Of a DNA stretch of 64,000 bases, positions 11,701-23,700 are shown piece by piece. The position numbers and the translations under genes are program-made. The stretch comes from Hormiphora californensis (lineage: Eukaryota > Animalia > Ctenophora). The notes under the pieces were generated by a model. It made no database searches. It saw nothing but the letters and a program-made list of their open reading frames with translations, and was not told the DNA's origin. Positions within the stretch are counted from its first letter, which is position 1. Every line of letters begins with the position of its first letter. The DNA is taken from NCBI GenBank assembly GCA_020137815.1, contig CM035360.1, positions 1,116,001 through 1,180,000 of the forward strand, read 5' to 3'.

Positions 11701-14700
11701 TCCTGCCGGAAGTGTGGAACTCCCTGCCATTGGAGTTAAGGTCTGTTCACCCTGTTGAACTCTTCAAGACAAGGCTTAAGACCCGGCTATTTAAGGAAGC
11801 TTTCGTTGATCCAGAGAGCAGTAGCACCTGAGTCATCTCGTCTTTGGGTCACTGGTTCTGTTCTGGTCTGGGTTTAGTGTTCCCCTTGGGCAGACGTTTA
11901 TTTAGACAGTGTTATTCCTCATTGCATTTACCGGGCTTGCAGTAATAGCTGCTGACTTTTTAATAGCTTTGAGAGCTGCTGTCTTTGAGTAGCATGAGAG
12001 CTGCTGACTTTGTAATTTAGCTTATTCAGTGTGAGAGCATTTTTATGCCTATCTAAGTTGGTTCGTATTTTATGAGGCCCGTATTTTCATCAATAAAAGT
12101 CTATCTATGGTGTGTTTAAATCCAGATTTTAATAGTATGTGTCATAAGTAAGGAAGGTGTTATAATTTAGGTATACCGCTCTGACGCTGAGCAGTGTCAG
12201 TCAAAATTCAGTTTGCTGGCCCTGTTTTGCCTGGGCGGTATACAAAAACTTATATTATTATTATTATTATTATTATCTTTGATGAACTCTATCTCTATAA
12301 TTCTATTTTTATCTTATTCTCGTCTCTCTATTTTCCGCCTCCAAATTTTAAAGGTAAACCCTGGCCCGGTAAAACTACAAAAAATACTGTGGTGCACTCC
12401 GGTATATCAATAAATTAGTAGAAACAGAGTTGTGCACAGCGCTCGAAATATACACATTGTATTTCCCAATTTGTAACTCTCTCTATTTTTACTTGAAAAT
12501 ACAGGAAGTAATGTGTACAAAAAAACTTTTCACATTGTCGTGTGAAAAGGCGGTGACAGATCACAGATCTGATGAAAAGATCTAAAATACATCACCCGAT
12601 AATTGTTCCCGATCTAAAATACCCGATCATTGTGCCTCATCTCATCCTCTCTTCCCAAGAATGGGGATTTTTCTAGAATTCTTTGCTGTTCTAGGGTATT
12701 GTGTGGATCTGCAGGAGGGAGTCTGTCAGGGTTTGTAAAATGTAAAATATTTATACCCCTCACGTCATGTACATTGTTAACCCTTTGACGGCGACAGAGC
12801 ATATATGCTACAGTCTATTCTAGGCGGCCTGGAAGTCCTTATATTATATCTAGGTCGCCCATATTTTGTCACAAGCTAGTTTTAGGGATTATGAACCTAA
12901 AACCACGTCCAGATCAGCTCAGAAAATCAAGAAAAAATTTTTATAGCCCTTCTAAGGAGGCTAATTTCGGCCTTTTTTTAAAAACATTTCTCATTTTTTT
13001 GTTTTTTGGGGGCACAACTAATCCTTTGAAGGAATGAAAGTGCTCGACATAGCCGACCGAATGCAAAAAGCCGCATCAAAAAATATTGAAAATTGAATGA
13101 CTTATTAACATTTAAGGCGCCGTATCATATATGATACTATCGCCCGTTAGGGAATTTTAGTAACAAATCTAAATTGTACAAGTTCGTGGGTGCTATGGCA
13201 TAAATTTATGCTTTCATGTGGTATGTAGCTACAAGTTCTACAATCGTGAACGATTTTACCAGGAAAAGAACCCAAATTAGAGATTTGTATCATATATGAT
13301 ACTATCGTCCTAAGGGTAAATTCTCCTATAACATACATAATTCGGGCTAGAAAAGGAGCTAAGAGACAAATGGGGGCACTAAAATGTGTATAATCATCGC
13401 ATTAGTGGGGGTAGAGCACATAATTAGGTCGCTATCTGGATCCCTAATTGAGATAATTGGATAATTAGCTAATTATCTGTCCCGCACGTGCTAATTATTC
13501 ATGAAACTTTGCTCTGGGAAGGAGTTATGAGACAAATGGGGCACTAAAATGTGTAGAATCATTACATTAGTGGGGGTAGAGCACATATTTAGGTCGCTAT
13601 CTGGATCCATAATTGAGATAATTGGATAATTAGCTAATTAGTTGCCCTGGAGCGCTAATAAATGAGACTTTGCGGAGTATCCAAGACAAGTAGGGGCACT
13701 AAAATGTGTAAAATCATCGCCTTAGTGGAGGTAGAGCACATAGCTGAGTTTCTATTCCAACTCCTAAATGAGATAATTGGATAATTAGCTAATTGACGGT
13801 TGCACACCGTCCACTTTTCACCAAATCCCGTGGTTTCTAGGTAATCCTGAGCTCTTTTGCTCAATCTAAGGATCTTCTGACAACCCCTAACCCCATTTGT
13901 ATCACCTTTGGGCCAAAGGTGATACAAATGGGGCTTTGGCTCGTGCTACACAATTGTAAAGCACTCGATACAACCCTAGACACTGCCTTCAGCTCTTTAG
14001 AACCCTCTTGCTCCATCCTAGTCCCTAGACCTCTCATACATCCAAGATCCAACTACAATCCTATAGAATTTTTATATCCTATTGCTCCTACAACACGTTC
14101 AACCTCTAATGTACTACAGTTTCCCATATTTATTGTTTGGACACACGGTTATAGGGGTTTAGGGATATTAGGGGATGTCAGAAGATCCTTAGATTGAGCA
14201 AAAGAGCTCAGGATTACCTAGAAACCACGGGATTTGGTGAAAAGTGGACGGTGTGCAACCGTCAATTAGCTAATTATCCAATTATCTCATTTAGGAGTTG
14301 GAATAGAAACTCAGCTATGTGCTCTACCTCCACTAAGGCGATGATTTTACACATTTTAGTGCCCCTACTTGTCTTGGATACTCCGCAAAGTCTCATTTAT
14401 TAGCGCTCCAGGGCAACTAATTAGCTAATTATCCAATTATATCAATTATGGATCCAGATAGCGACCTAAATATGTGCTCTACCCCCACTAATGTAATGAT
14501 TCTACACATTTTAGTGCCCCCATTTGTCTCATAACTCCTTCCCAGAGCAAAGTTTCATGAATAATTAGCATGCGCGGGACAGATAATTAGCTAATTATCC
14601 AATTATCTCAATAAGGGATCCAGATAGCGACCTAAAGATGTGCTCTACCCCCACTAATGCGATGATTATACACATTTTAGTGCCCCCATTTGTCTCTTAG

Positions 14701-17700
14701 CTCCTTTTCTAGCCCGAATTATGTATGTTTTAGGAGAATTTACTCTTAGGACGATAGTATCATATATGATACAAATCTCTAATTTGGGTTCTTTTCCTGG
14801 TAAAAACCGTTCATGATTGTAGAACTTGTAGCTACAAACCTCATGAAAGCATGAATTTATGCCATAACACCCACAAACTTGTACAATTTAGATTTGTTAC
14901 TAGAATTCCCTTACGGACGATAGTATCATATATGCTACAGTGGGCCCAGCAAAAACTACATGTCGGAATTACAAATTTCCTTTTCGAGGCGTTTTGTGTT
15001 GATAATATCTACTTATAAACGAAAAATTAGACAATTCTATCGAGCCAATCCTTCTCGCCGTCAAAGGGTTAAGCCAGCCGCCGCCGCTGTCCAGGGGTAT
15101 AAAATATATATGCAGAAATTACTTAAATTATGTAATACCCATATTGTACATAATATCACGCCTCTTTTTCTCCTCTCCTGCTTTCTCTCTCTCTGCCCAC
15201 CTCTGCCCTCTCTCTCTCCCTTTTTTGTCTCCCCCTCTCTCTTCCTTTTTTAAATTTGTATCAGTCCCTTCCTCCCTCAAACAGAATTATAGTTCCACTG
15301 AAAAGCTCTTGATGAGTTTGAGTGAATAAAAAGAAGCATTGAGTCATGATAGAAAGATTAAGAATAAAGCAAATACATATGTAAAATATAAGGTTACATA
15401 CCATATAAAGGCATATTCTTCGTAACAAACAACTACTAGACGAGCTCAGTGCTGATGTATTAAAAACTCATAGCCCAGACCATATTAGGGAATAAAAGTG
15501 CCTTGCTCGGCCATCGTACGATGTCCTGTACCGCACCCCTTACTATGCTGTATGCACATCAATTCATAGCAATTATATCACAGCTGGCGCCTGACCCTAA
15601 AACCGCGTCCAAAAGTCATCTAATATCGCTTCCTATCTCTCCTCCAACACCTGCAGCACCCCTCCCCTCTCTCTCCTACCTCTAACATCCCCCTCTTCCT
15701 CTCCTACCTCTAACATCCCCCTCTTCCCCTCCTCTCCTCACTCTAACATATCCTCATCTCTCAGACTTCATGCTACGGAAAGTGCTAATTAACGAGCCAG
15801 ATTGTCGGTGGTGTCCCGCTCCTGATTGTGGGTACGCAGTGATCGCCGCCGGTCGGGCTGCATGTCCCCTTTTGAAGTGTGAGAAGTGCCAAACTGAGTT
15901 CTGCTACCACTGCAAGGTAGGTTGGGAAATGGGAATCTTAGAAGTTAGAATTAGAACCTTAACAAGATAGATAACGATATAATGGTACTGGTGTAGTATC
16001 GGACGGAGGGCGCGAGATTTGGCAATCTCTGCTGCGCTGCAGCGCCGAGCACTGCAGCGCCGAGCGCTCCGTTCTGCTATTCCATCCTTTTTCCCAGGAT
16101 CGCGGTTTTAGATTCGGTCTTAGATTCAGTGAGTTTAGCAACAGTTCGGAAAAGGCAATCTAAAAAGAGTTACGTGTCCATTTATTTCTACATTTCATTC
16201 GGCCACGGAACCAAAGTCTTTTTATTCAGCAAAGGAGACGGCGAGGGAAAGAACCATTGGTATTCCCTCTTCGTCTCAGTTTCGGCTTTACTCTATCTGG
16301 TGGCTTCGGTCAAAGGTAGAATGCCCCCAAGGAAGCGGAAGTATGCCGCGCCTGTGAGGAAGTCTAAGCGTATCGCAGCAATGGCGAGTGAAGACATCGC
16401 CTCACCCCTACGAACACCTCTGTCCGTAGTAGAAGAAGAGCGAGTTTTGGTTAGGGCTAATGTGTACTCCAAAACTACCTCTGATTCTACCTCGAGCAAT
16501 GGTGATGAGAGAAGAACTACCGAGAAGAACGCAGAAACTATGCCTCAGTCAGATAGCGGAGCGTTCGACTTCTACTCGTTCATGGACAGTATGCCGGCGG
16601 TTCAGCAGCCAGCTCCGTCCCACCGTGTTCCTTCGCCAGTCTACACTCCAGCAGCCAAGGGAGCGTTCCTGGGGGAAGACGCCCTGCAGAGAAGTGACTC
16701 TTGTCGCGTGAGAGCCTTAAAGAAGGAATCTCGTGTCGAGACGCCACTGCCTACAGTAAATTTGAAGGAGGCCGGGAAGTTGTTTGTCAGAGGAGCTACC
16801 ATACCGTCCCCTCTCAGATCAGTATCAGCAGAAGACAGTGAAGAGGAAGAGGAACAGTATTGGTACGGCTATGTCGACGGAAGAGGATACCACCCCATGT
16901 CCGAGAAACAGGAGCAGACATACAGAAATTTTCTCGCTCGCCAGAGGGCTGGTATGCCGTCCCAGATAGACGATCCTCCTCGTCCCGTCATCATTGATCC
17001 TAGAGGAGAGCCTATCCGACCTACACCGATTGCTAGGCGAGATTGTAATCCGCGTCAGTTGGCTGTAGACAGCGATAGGGAGTCCGTGAGCACCGATACA
17101 CTGCCTCGTGTACGGAGTGAACACCGTTACAGCAGGTTCCAGAAGATCAAGACACCGATCTACAAGTCAGGGGACGATTTTGATGTGTTCCTGATGAAGT
17201 TCCTGAAGTACCTGAAGCGGAGTAATGTTGCTTGGGTTGAGCTCGGAGAACATCTACTAGAAAGTATCGAGTGCAAAGACAAGTACAAGAGAGTGAACCG
17301 TCTGAAACTCTTGGGACCGGAGCAACGTGATCCTGATCTCTTGATCTCCGCAGTCCGTAGCGCTATTGTAGATAGTGTGAAGGATGAGGAAGCTGAGAGG
17401 AGGAAGCTCATGCAGATGAAGCAGGATACCGAGGAATCTGTAGAGGAGTTTGCAGATCGTATTCGTGAGGTGGCTGAATATGCCTTCCCTAGTGAAATAG
17501 ATAGGGTGGTTAATCAGCGCATGATCGAAGCTCTTCAGGACGGTCTAATAGACACCCGAGTGAGCGAACTAGTTTGTGATTTGAGGAGCTGCAATCTCAA
17601 CTTCGACAAAGTAGTTGTACAAGCTGCTAAACGGGCGAAGAGAAACCAGATGTTCAGAGGGGATGTGTACAGAGATCCCGCTTCTACTTCTCCTCACTCG

Positions 17701-20700
17701 GACAATGTGTTCCGCATGACATCAAATGTCGTGGAAGACAATGCTCCCAGTGCTCCAGCTCGTCAGACATCAGGGAATGCTCCAGCGAGTGTACCTCAGT
17801 GTTCCAAGTGCAACCAGAGAGGTCACGACGATGACAATTGTTGGGCTAGTATGACTTGTCAACTTTGTCGAGCTCATGGACATCCTGCTCACCGATGTGA
17901 AAGATTCAGAGGTCGGAATGGCAACTCGCGAGGAGGTAGGAACTCGAACCCCACAACGAGGTCCGGAGGTGATCGTTCCAGTTCCTATCGAGGGTGTTAT
18001 GAGTGTGGTGCTCTAGACCACCGAGTGGCACAGTGTCCAATTAGAGCAAGGACTGTTCAATGCTATTCTTGTTACCAGTTTGGGCACCGAGCGGCGGAGT
18101 GTCCTCAATTTCAGGGAAACGGCGGGGCGATTGGAGGCTACCCAGCAGCAACCGGTCGCCAGTGAACACTGTTACTAGAACGGATGTGGAGAGTGGAGAG
18201 AGGAGGAAGACCATAACAACTGTTTCACCTTCTCGATCATTTGCTGCTGTTTGTTCTGAAGAAGTAACACCGCCCCAAGAGGAGAGTGTTGTGAAGAAGG
18301 TCGACAGCAGGGAACAGAAAACGTGTCAAGTTGTGATCGAGGGACAGATGGGAAAACACAGAGTCAGGGCATTTGTCGACTCTGGTTCTTCTATCAGTCT
18401 GGTATGTAAGCAGATAGTACAGCGGATGGGCATGCTCGACAGTATGGTTCCTACCAGTCGGAAGGTATTTGATTTCAGTGGGAATCCTATTTCTCTTCAC
18501 GGTACTATCGATCTCAACTTCTCTGTGGGCACAAGGGTTATTAATCAGTGCTTCGTGGTGTGTGGTTCAATGGATACGGAAGTGTTGCTGGGACATGACT
18601 TTCTTTCTGTTAACCATTGTTGTTTGGATTATGGTTGGGAGTTATTTCTCCTTCCGGGAGGTGAGAGTGTTTCATTCGCTCCTCGGTTGAAGAATGTTGA
18701 GAAGTCGCACCTGATACGCGGGCTGCAGGGACAAGTAGTGCCACCTGATTCAATAGCCTACATTCAGGGTCGACTTCCACAGCATTTGAAATCGTGTGTG
18801 GGAATGATTACACCATTTGGAGCTGTTGGTGAGGATGGGTTACTGGTGGCGAGTGCTGTAGCAGAGGGTAGAGATCAGAAGGTGACCCTGAAGGTGATCA
18901 ACATCTCATGCCATCCAGTGTCAATCCGAAACAAGCAGGTTTTGGGTAGATTTGGTCCCATTCCAGAGTACAGGCCAATATCAGGAGTACAATGGGCGGA
19001 CCAGGACAGTGTTGTGAACAAGATCTCAATAGATGTTCATGAACGCTGGACAAGAGAGGAGCTTTTCGACAGACTTGGTCTGGCTAAACGGCAAGGGCCG
19101 GATATGACCGAGGAAGAAGAAGGCCAGCTCAGGGAGATTTTATGGAAGTACAGGGATGTTTTCAGTTATGATGAGTATGATATTGGATGTTCCAATATGT
19201 ACACTGCTGAAATCCGTTTGAAAGAGGGGGCACAACCCTGCTGGGCAAACCCTTTCCCTGTTCCTTATAAGTTGCGTGACGAGATGGATAGAAACATCGA
19301 GAAGATGAAGGAGGCGGGAGTAGTGGAGGAGTTACAGGAGCCCTCAGACTGGAATTCTCCTATTTTCTTGGTGAAGAAGAAGACAGCAGGATCTTGGAGG
19401 TTAGTAGCTGACCTGAGGTGTGTGAACAAGGAGTGTGTGGGCGATAGCTATCCACTTCCCAACCTGAATCATGTTTTGGATAGTATTGGAGGGGATTCGA
19501 TATTCTCGAGCTTTGATCTGTCCAAGGGATTCTGGCAAGTCCCGTACACACAAGAATCGAAAAAGGTAACAGCTTTTCTTCATCGTGGTCGTCAATTATG
19601 TTTCGCTAGGATGCTGATGGGACACAAAACATCGAGTTCCAAGTTCACTAGGATGATGGAGAAATTGTTAGGCACCTTGCCAATTGAACAGGTTATTTAT
19701 TTTGTGGATGATGTGTTTCTCTCGTCCAAAACTGTGTCCGAACATCTAACACGTTTGGATAGACTTTTAAACCGTTTCCAAACAGCTAATCTCAAGATAT
19801 CTCCCGGGAAGACAGAGTTGTTGAAGAAGGAGGTGGAGTTTGTGGGGATCTCTATCAGCGGTAAGGGTGTCAGCATCACTGATGATAGAGTTAAATCCCT
19901 GACATCTCTCCCAGCTCCAAAGTCGAGGAAGGAAGTAAGTGAAGTACTAGGTGCGTTCAATTACATTCGAAAGTGGGTAAAAGGGTTCAGTTCAATTACC
20001 AAGCCGCTCCATAACATCCTATCAGGACCGAAGAGTCGTCCCTTTGTGTGGTCTGCTGAGTGTGACAGGGCATACAACCACTTGAAAGAGTTGGTGTGTG
20101 AAAAGACCACCCTGTCTATACCCGATCCTGACGACCCTTTTCAGAGCTATGAGGTGACTGTAGATGCCAGTATGGATGGTTATGGTGCCACTTTATCTCA
20201 GGAGTTAATGTGTGATGATGTGAGAGAGCGGAAAAGATGGTGTTGGGTGTAGTGGTTCTTCACAGAGCGCTACATCAAACACTGCAGATACTCGAGATGA
20301 GATTCCTGTTCTCAGATCGAGTAGTGATGAGGAGGTGGAGGAGTTGTGTGGGGAAGATCAACCTACACGTGTGCAATCTGACGATCTATCAGAGTTGGGG
20401 AGTGAGCAGCAGTCGGTCAACAATCTCATCTCACGGGGTGATGTGACTGACGTTGTTGTCAACCAGTTACACGGGGTGCCGGATATCAGGGGAAGTATTT
20501 GTGAGGACGAGATTTCTCTCGTTTTGGAAAATCCACAATTTCTTACTGATGGTGTTCCCGTTATATTGGAAGATACAGAGGGAACAAATGTTGGTGAGAA
20601 GGGCACTGAGGCGGATGGAGCTTGTGATACAGATCATTTTGGATTTGGTTGGCTCGATTCCTGCAATGAAAGTGAGGTCCATCACCAGACCATTTACCAC

Positions 20701-23700
20701 GTTGAACCTAGTTGTTGGTGTACCGCCAAACCAGCTAGCACGGTTCCAGAGGTGCTGGAGGTGAATGCGATTTTTGATATTCCTGATGGGGGAGGACAGT
20801 TATTAAACTGGAGAGAGTGGGAAGCTGCGCAGAAAGAGGACGATATATTTCTAGTGGTGAGGAATTGGGTGATCCAGGGCTCGCGAGACGTCGTGCAAGC
20901 TAACAGGACCCCTACTGAACTGATGTCATTGTGGAAACAGTTCAATTTGCTTCGTGTGGAGGACGGAGTACTTCAGAGAAGGTGGACTTTTACATCAACA
21001 GGAGAAGACAGGTGGCTGATCCTTGTTCCACCGGATAAGAGAGAGTTAGTGATGAACAGATGCCATGGTGATCTTTGCGGACATGCCGGAGTGGAAAACA
21101 CTCAGCTTTGTTTGCGGAGGTGGTACTATTGGCCAGGGATGGAGAGTGATGTGAAGGAGTTTGTTGCAGCGTGTGTTAACTGTGGGTCCAACAAACAACC
21201 CAGGGCCTACGGGAGAGCTCCAATGGCGAGAATGATGTTCCACCATTTCAATGATGCCATCATTATCGACCACATTGTTCCTCAGAGGAAAGGGAACACA
21301 CCTAGAAGGAACAATGCAATCCTCACCATCTCAGACGCCTGGTCCAACTTTGTAATTGCTGTACCGGTGAAATCCCAGACCAGTGAGGAGAACAGAAGAA
21401 CTATCCTTGAGAGTTGGGTGTACCGTATGGGGTGGCCACGTGAGATAATATGCGACAATCACCAGGGGTTCCGAGGCGCCCAGTTTAGAAGATTCTTCGA
21501 AATCCATGGTGTTAAGTTAACATATGGAACAGCTTACAAGGCGGCCAGTACAGCGAGAGCGGAGATGAACAACAAACGTACCAACACTGTTCTGAGGGCC
21601 ACACTTCATCAAATGTGTCCTCGAAATTGGGATCTCCATCTTGCCAAGGTATCCTTTGTTCTAAACTGTTTGAAAAACAGAAGGACCGGATACACAGCTA
21701 ACAGATTGGTGTATGGGCGTGAGTTGAATGTTCCAGAGATGCTCATGTTGGATAGAGGTGGTGATTCCGAACAGAGCGGTGAGCCGAATTTGTCTGCTGA
21801 GATATATAGAAGCTCCAAGGAACTGCGGGATATATCCAGGAGGGTGAGGAAGAACATGGACACAGACTGGGGGTATGCCAAGAGATCATACGACAAGAAA
21901 TGTCATGATCCAGGGTACTCTGCAGGAGATCAGGTGTTTGTGAGGATAAATTGTCCAGCTCACAAGTTTGGAGCTCGTTGGAATGGCCCATTCTTGGTGA
22001 AGAGAGTATTGAACCCTTACCTTTACATTGTGTCAAAATCAGCAACAGAGGACAAGGTGATCAATATCTCGAAGTTGAAGTTGTACCGAAAGAAGCAGGC
22101 AGGTGAAAACACGGGGGTCAATGTTGAAACCGTTGTTGATCCTGTTGATCCTGTTCCTCTCATCGATTTAGCTACGGGGGAGACACAAGAGGAACCTATT
22201 GTTATAGCTCCTGTTGTCGAACCTGTACCTGATACCTCTCACGAGATTACTTCTTTCCCAAGTGTACCAGTACAGCCGGAAAGAGGTGGAACAGCGTGGG
22301 CAGGAAGATTGAGGAAGAGAATAGCTAAGGTTGTCAGCCGGATCTCCAGAGCAGGAAGTAATCGGAGAGGATAGTGTGTCAAATTCTGGCCAATTCCTTT
22401 TCATTCTTTATTCTCTCACAAGATGGACCGAAATCTGTGAGATCTGTGAGAGAATCATCTCTGTGCTGTAGTAACCCGGTCTCGGTGCAACATGTTTGTC
22501 TGTGTATCTGATTAAATTCCTTTCTCACGGGGCGCATGCCAGAGAAGGGACAGATATGCAACAATGCATCTTCGGCGACTAGCAAGAGGCGGCGAGCGGA
22601 GAGGGGTGTGAGCGCAATGAATGAAAAGCATTCAGTGTGAGCACTCAACGAGATAGTTTTTTGCGGCGCGGCCGAGGGGATCATCTCATGCTCCATTCCT
22701 GATCTATGTGTCAACGTCAATTGACGAGTACACACATCCGGTCAAAATTGACTTGACTCTGAAATCAGCAAGTATGAGAGAGACGATACAATTATCCTCT
22801 CTTGTACAACCTGATGACGAGAAGTTGAAGAAGAGGAAGCAGGCAAGATCAGAGGATTGCTGGGACAAGAGCAGAGGAATGCGAGGAGGCTGCTACATTC
22901 CAGAGGAACTAGAAGAAATTCCTACCCCTGCTGAGAGAAGACGAAGAAGAAGAAGAAGAAAGCTGCTGTTCTCATCACAACAGAAGATTGTGTGTTTGTA
23001 GTACAAGTGTACAGACAATGCAAGTAGTTCGTTTGTCCGTGCGTGATTTAGTAACTTATTCAGTTGAATGTTTTATAATTAGTGGTCGTGTGTTATTTTT
23101 AGTGTGATAGTGAGCTAGATAGTTTTTTAGAGTGAGAAGTGTGATTTAGTGGTCTCCAGTAGGTAGGGATGGTCTCGGGTTTCGTTTTTAGTGTTTTATT
23201 TATTTGGCTGGCCTATTTCTCTCTTTTGTTTTCTCTTTTGACCGTGTTCCAAGGTCACAAATAGGGGAGGGGGGATGGTGTAGTATCGGACGGAGGGCGC
23301 GAGATTTGGCAATCTCTGCTGCGCTGCAGCGCCGAGCACTGCAGCGCCGAGCGCTCCGTTCTGCTATTCCATCCTTTTTCCCAGGATCGCGGTTTTAGAT
23401 TCGGTCTTAGATTCAGTGAGTTTAGCAACAGTTCGGAAAAGGCAATCTAAAAAGAGTTACGTGTCCATTTATTTCTACATTTCATTCGGCCACGGAACCA
23501 AAGTCTTTTTATTCAGCAAAGGAGACGGCGAGGGAAAGAACCATTGGTATTCCCTCTTCGTCTCAGTTTCGGCTTTACTCTAATATAATGGTACTAAATC
23601 AAATAAATTGACAGAAGCTTTCGAGATCACTGTGTATCACGTCTTCAGCTTCAGAATTAGAACCTATAATTACTATTTCATCTTACGAATCTTGGGAGTA

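Larger units (their letters stand above)
15989..23582 (+). mobile_element. Ty3/Gypsy LTR retrotransposon in RNF19 intron 4, with a lesion in RNase H
   Basis: Two 307-bp LTRs that look identical, PBS-like TGGTGGCTTCGGT at 16298, PPT AGGGGAGGGGGGA before the 3' LTR, gag-PR-RT-RH-IN order, flanking direct repeat ATATAATGGTAC. Confidence 0.96.

Noticed and set aside
16129-16320. N-terminal extension of Gag in the ORF track
   Set aside because: Starts at a non-ATG codon inside the LTR; the ATG after the PBS (16321) is the plausible start.
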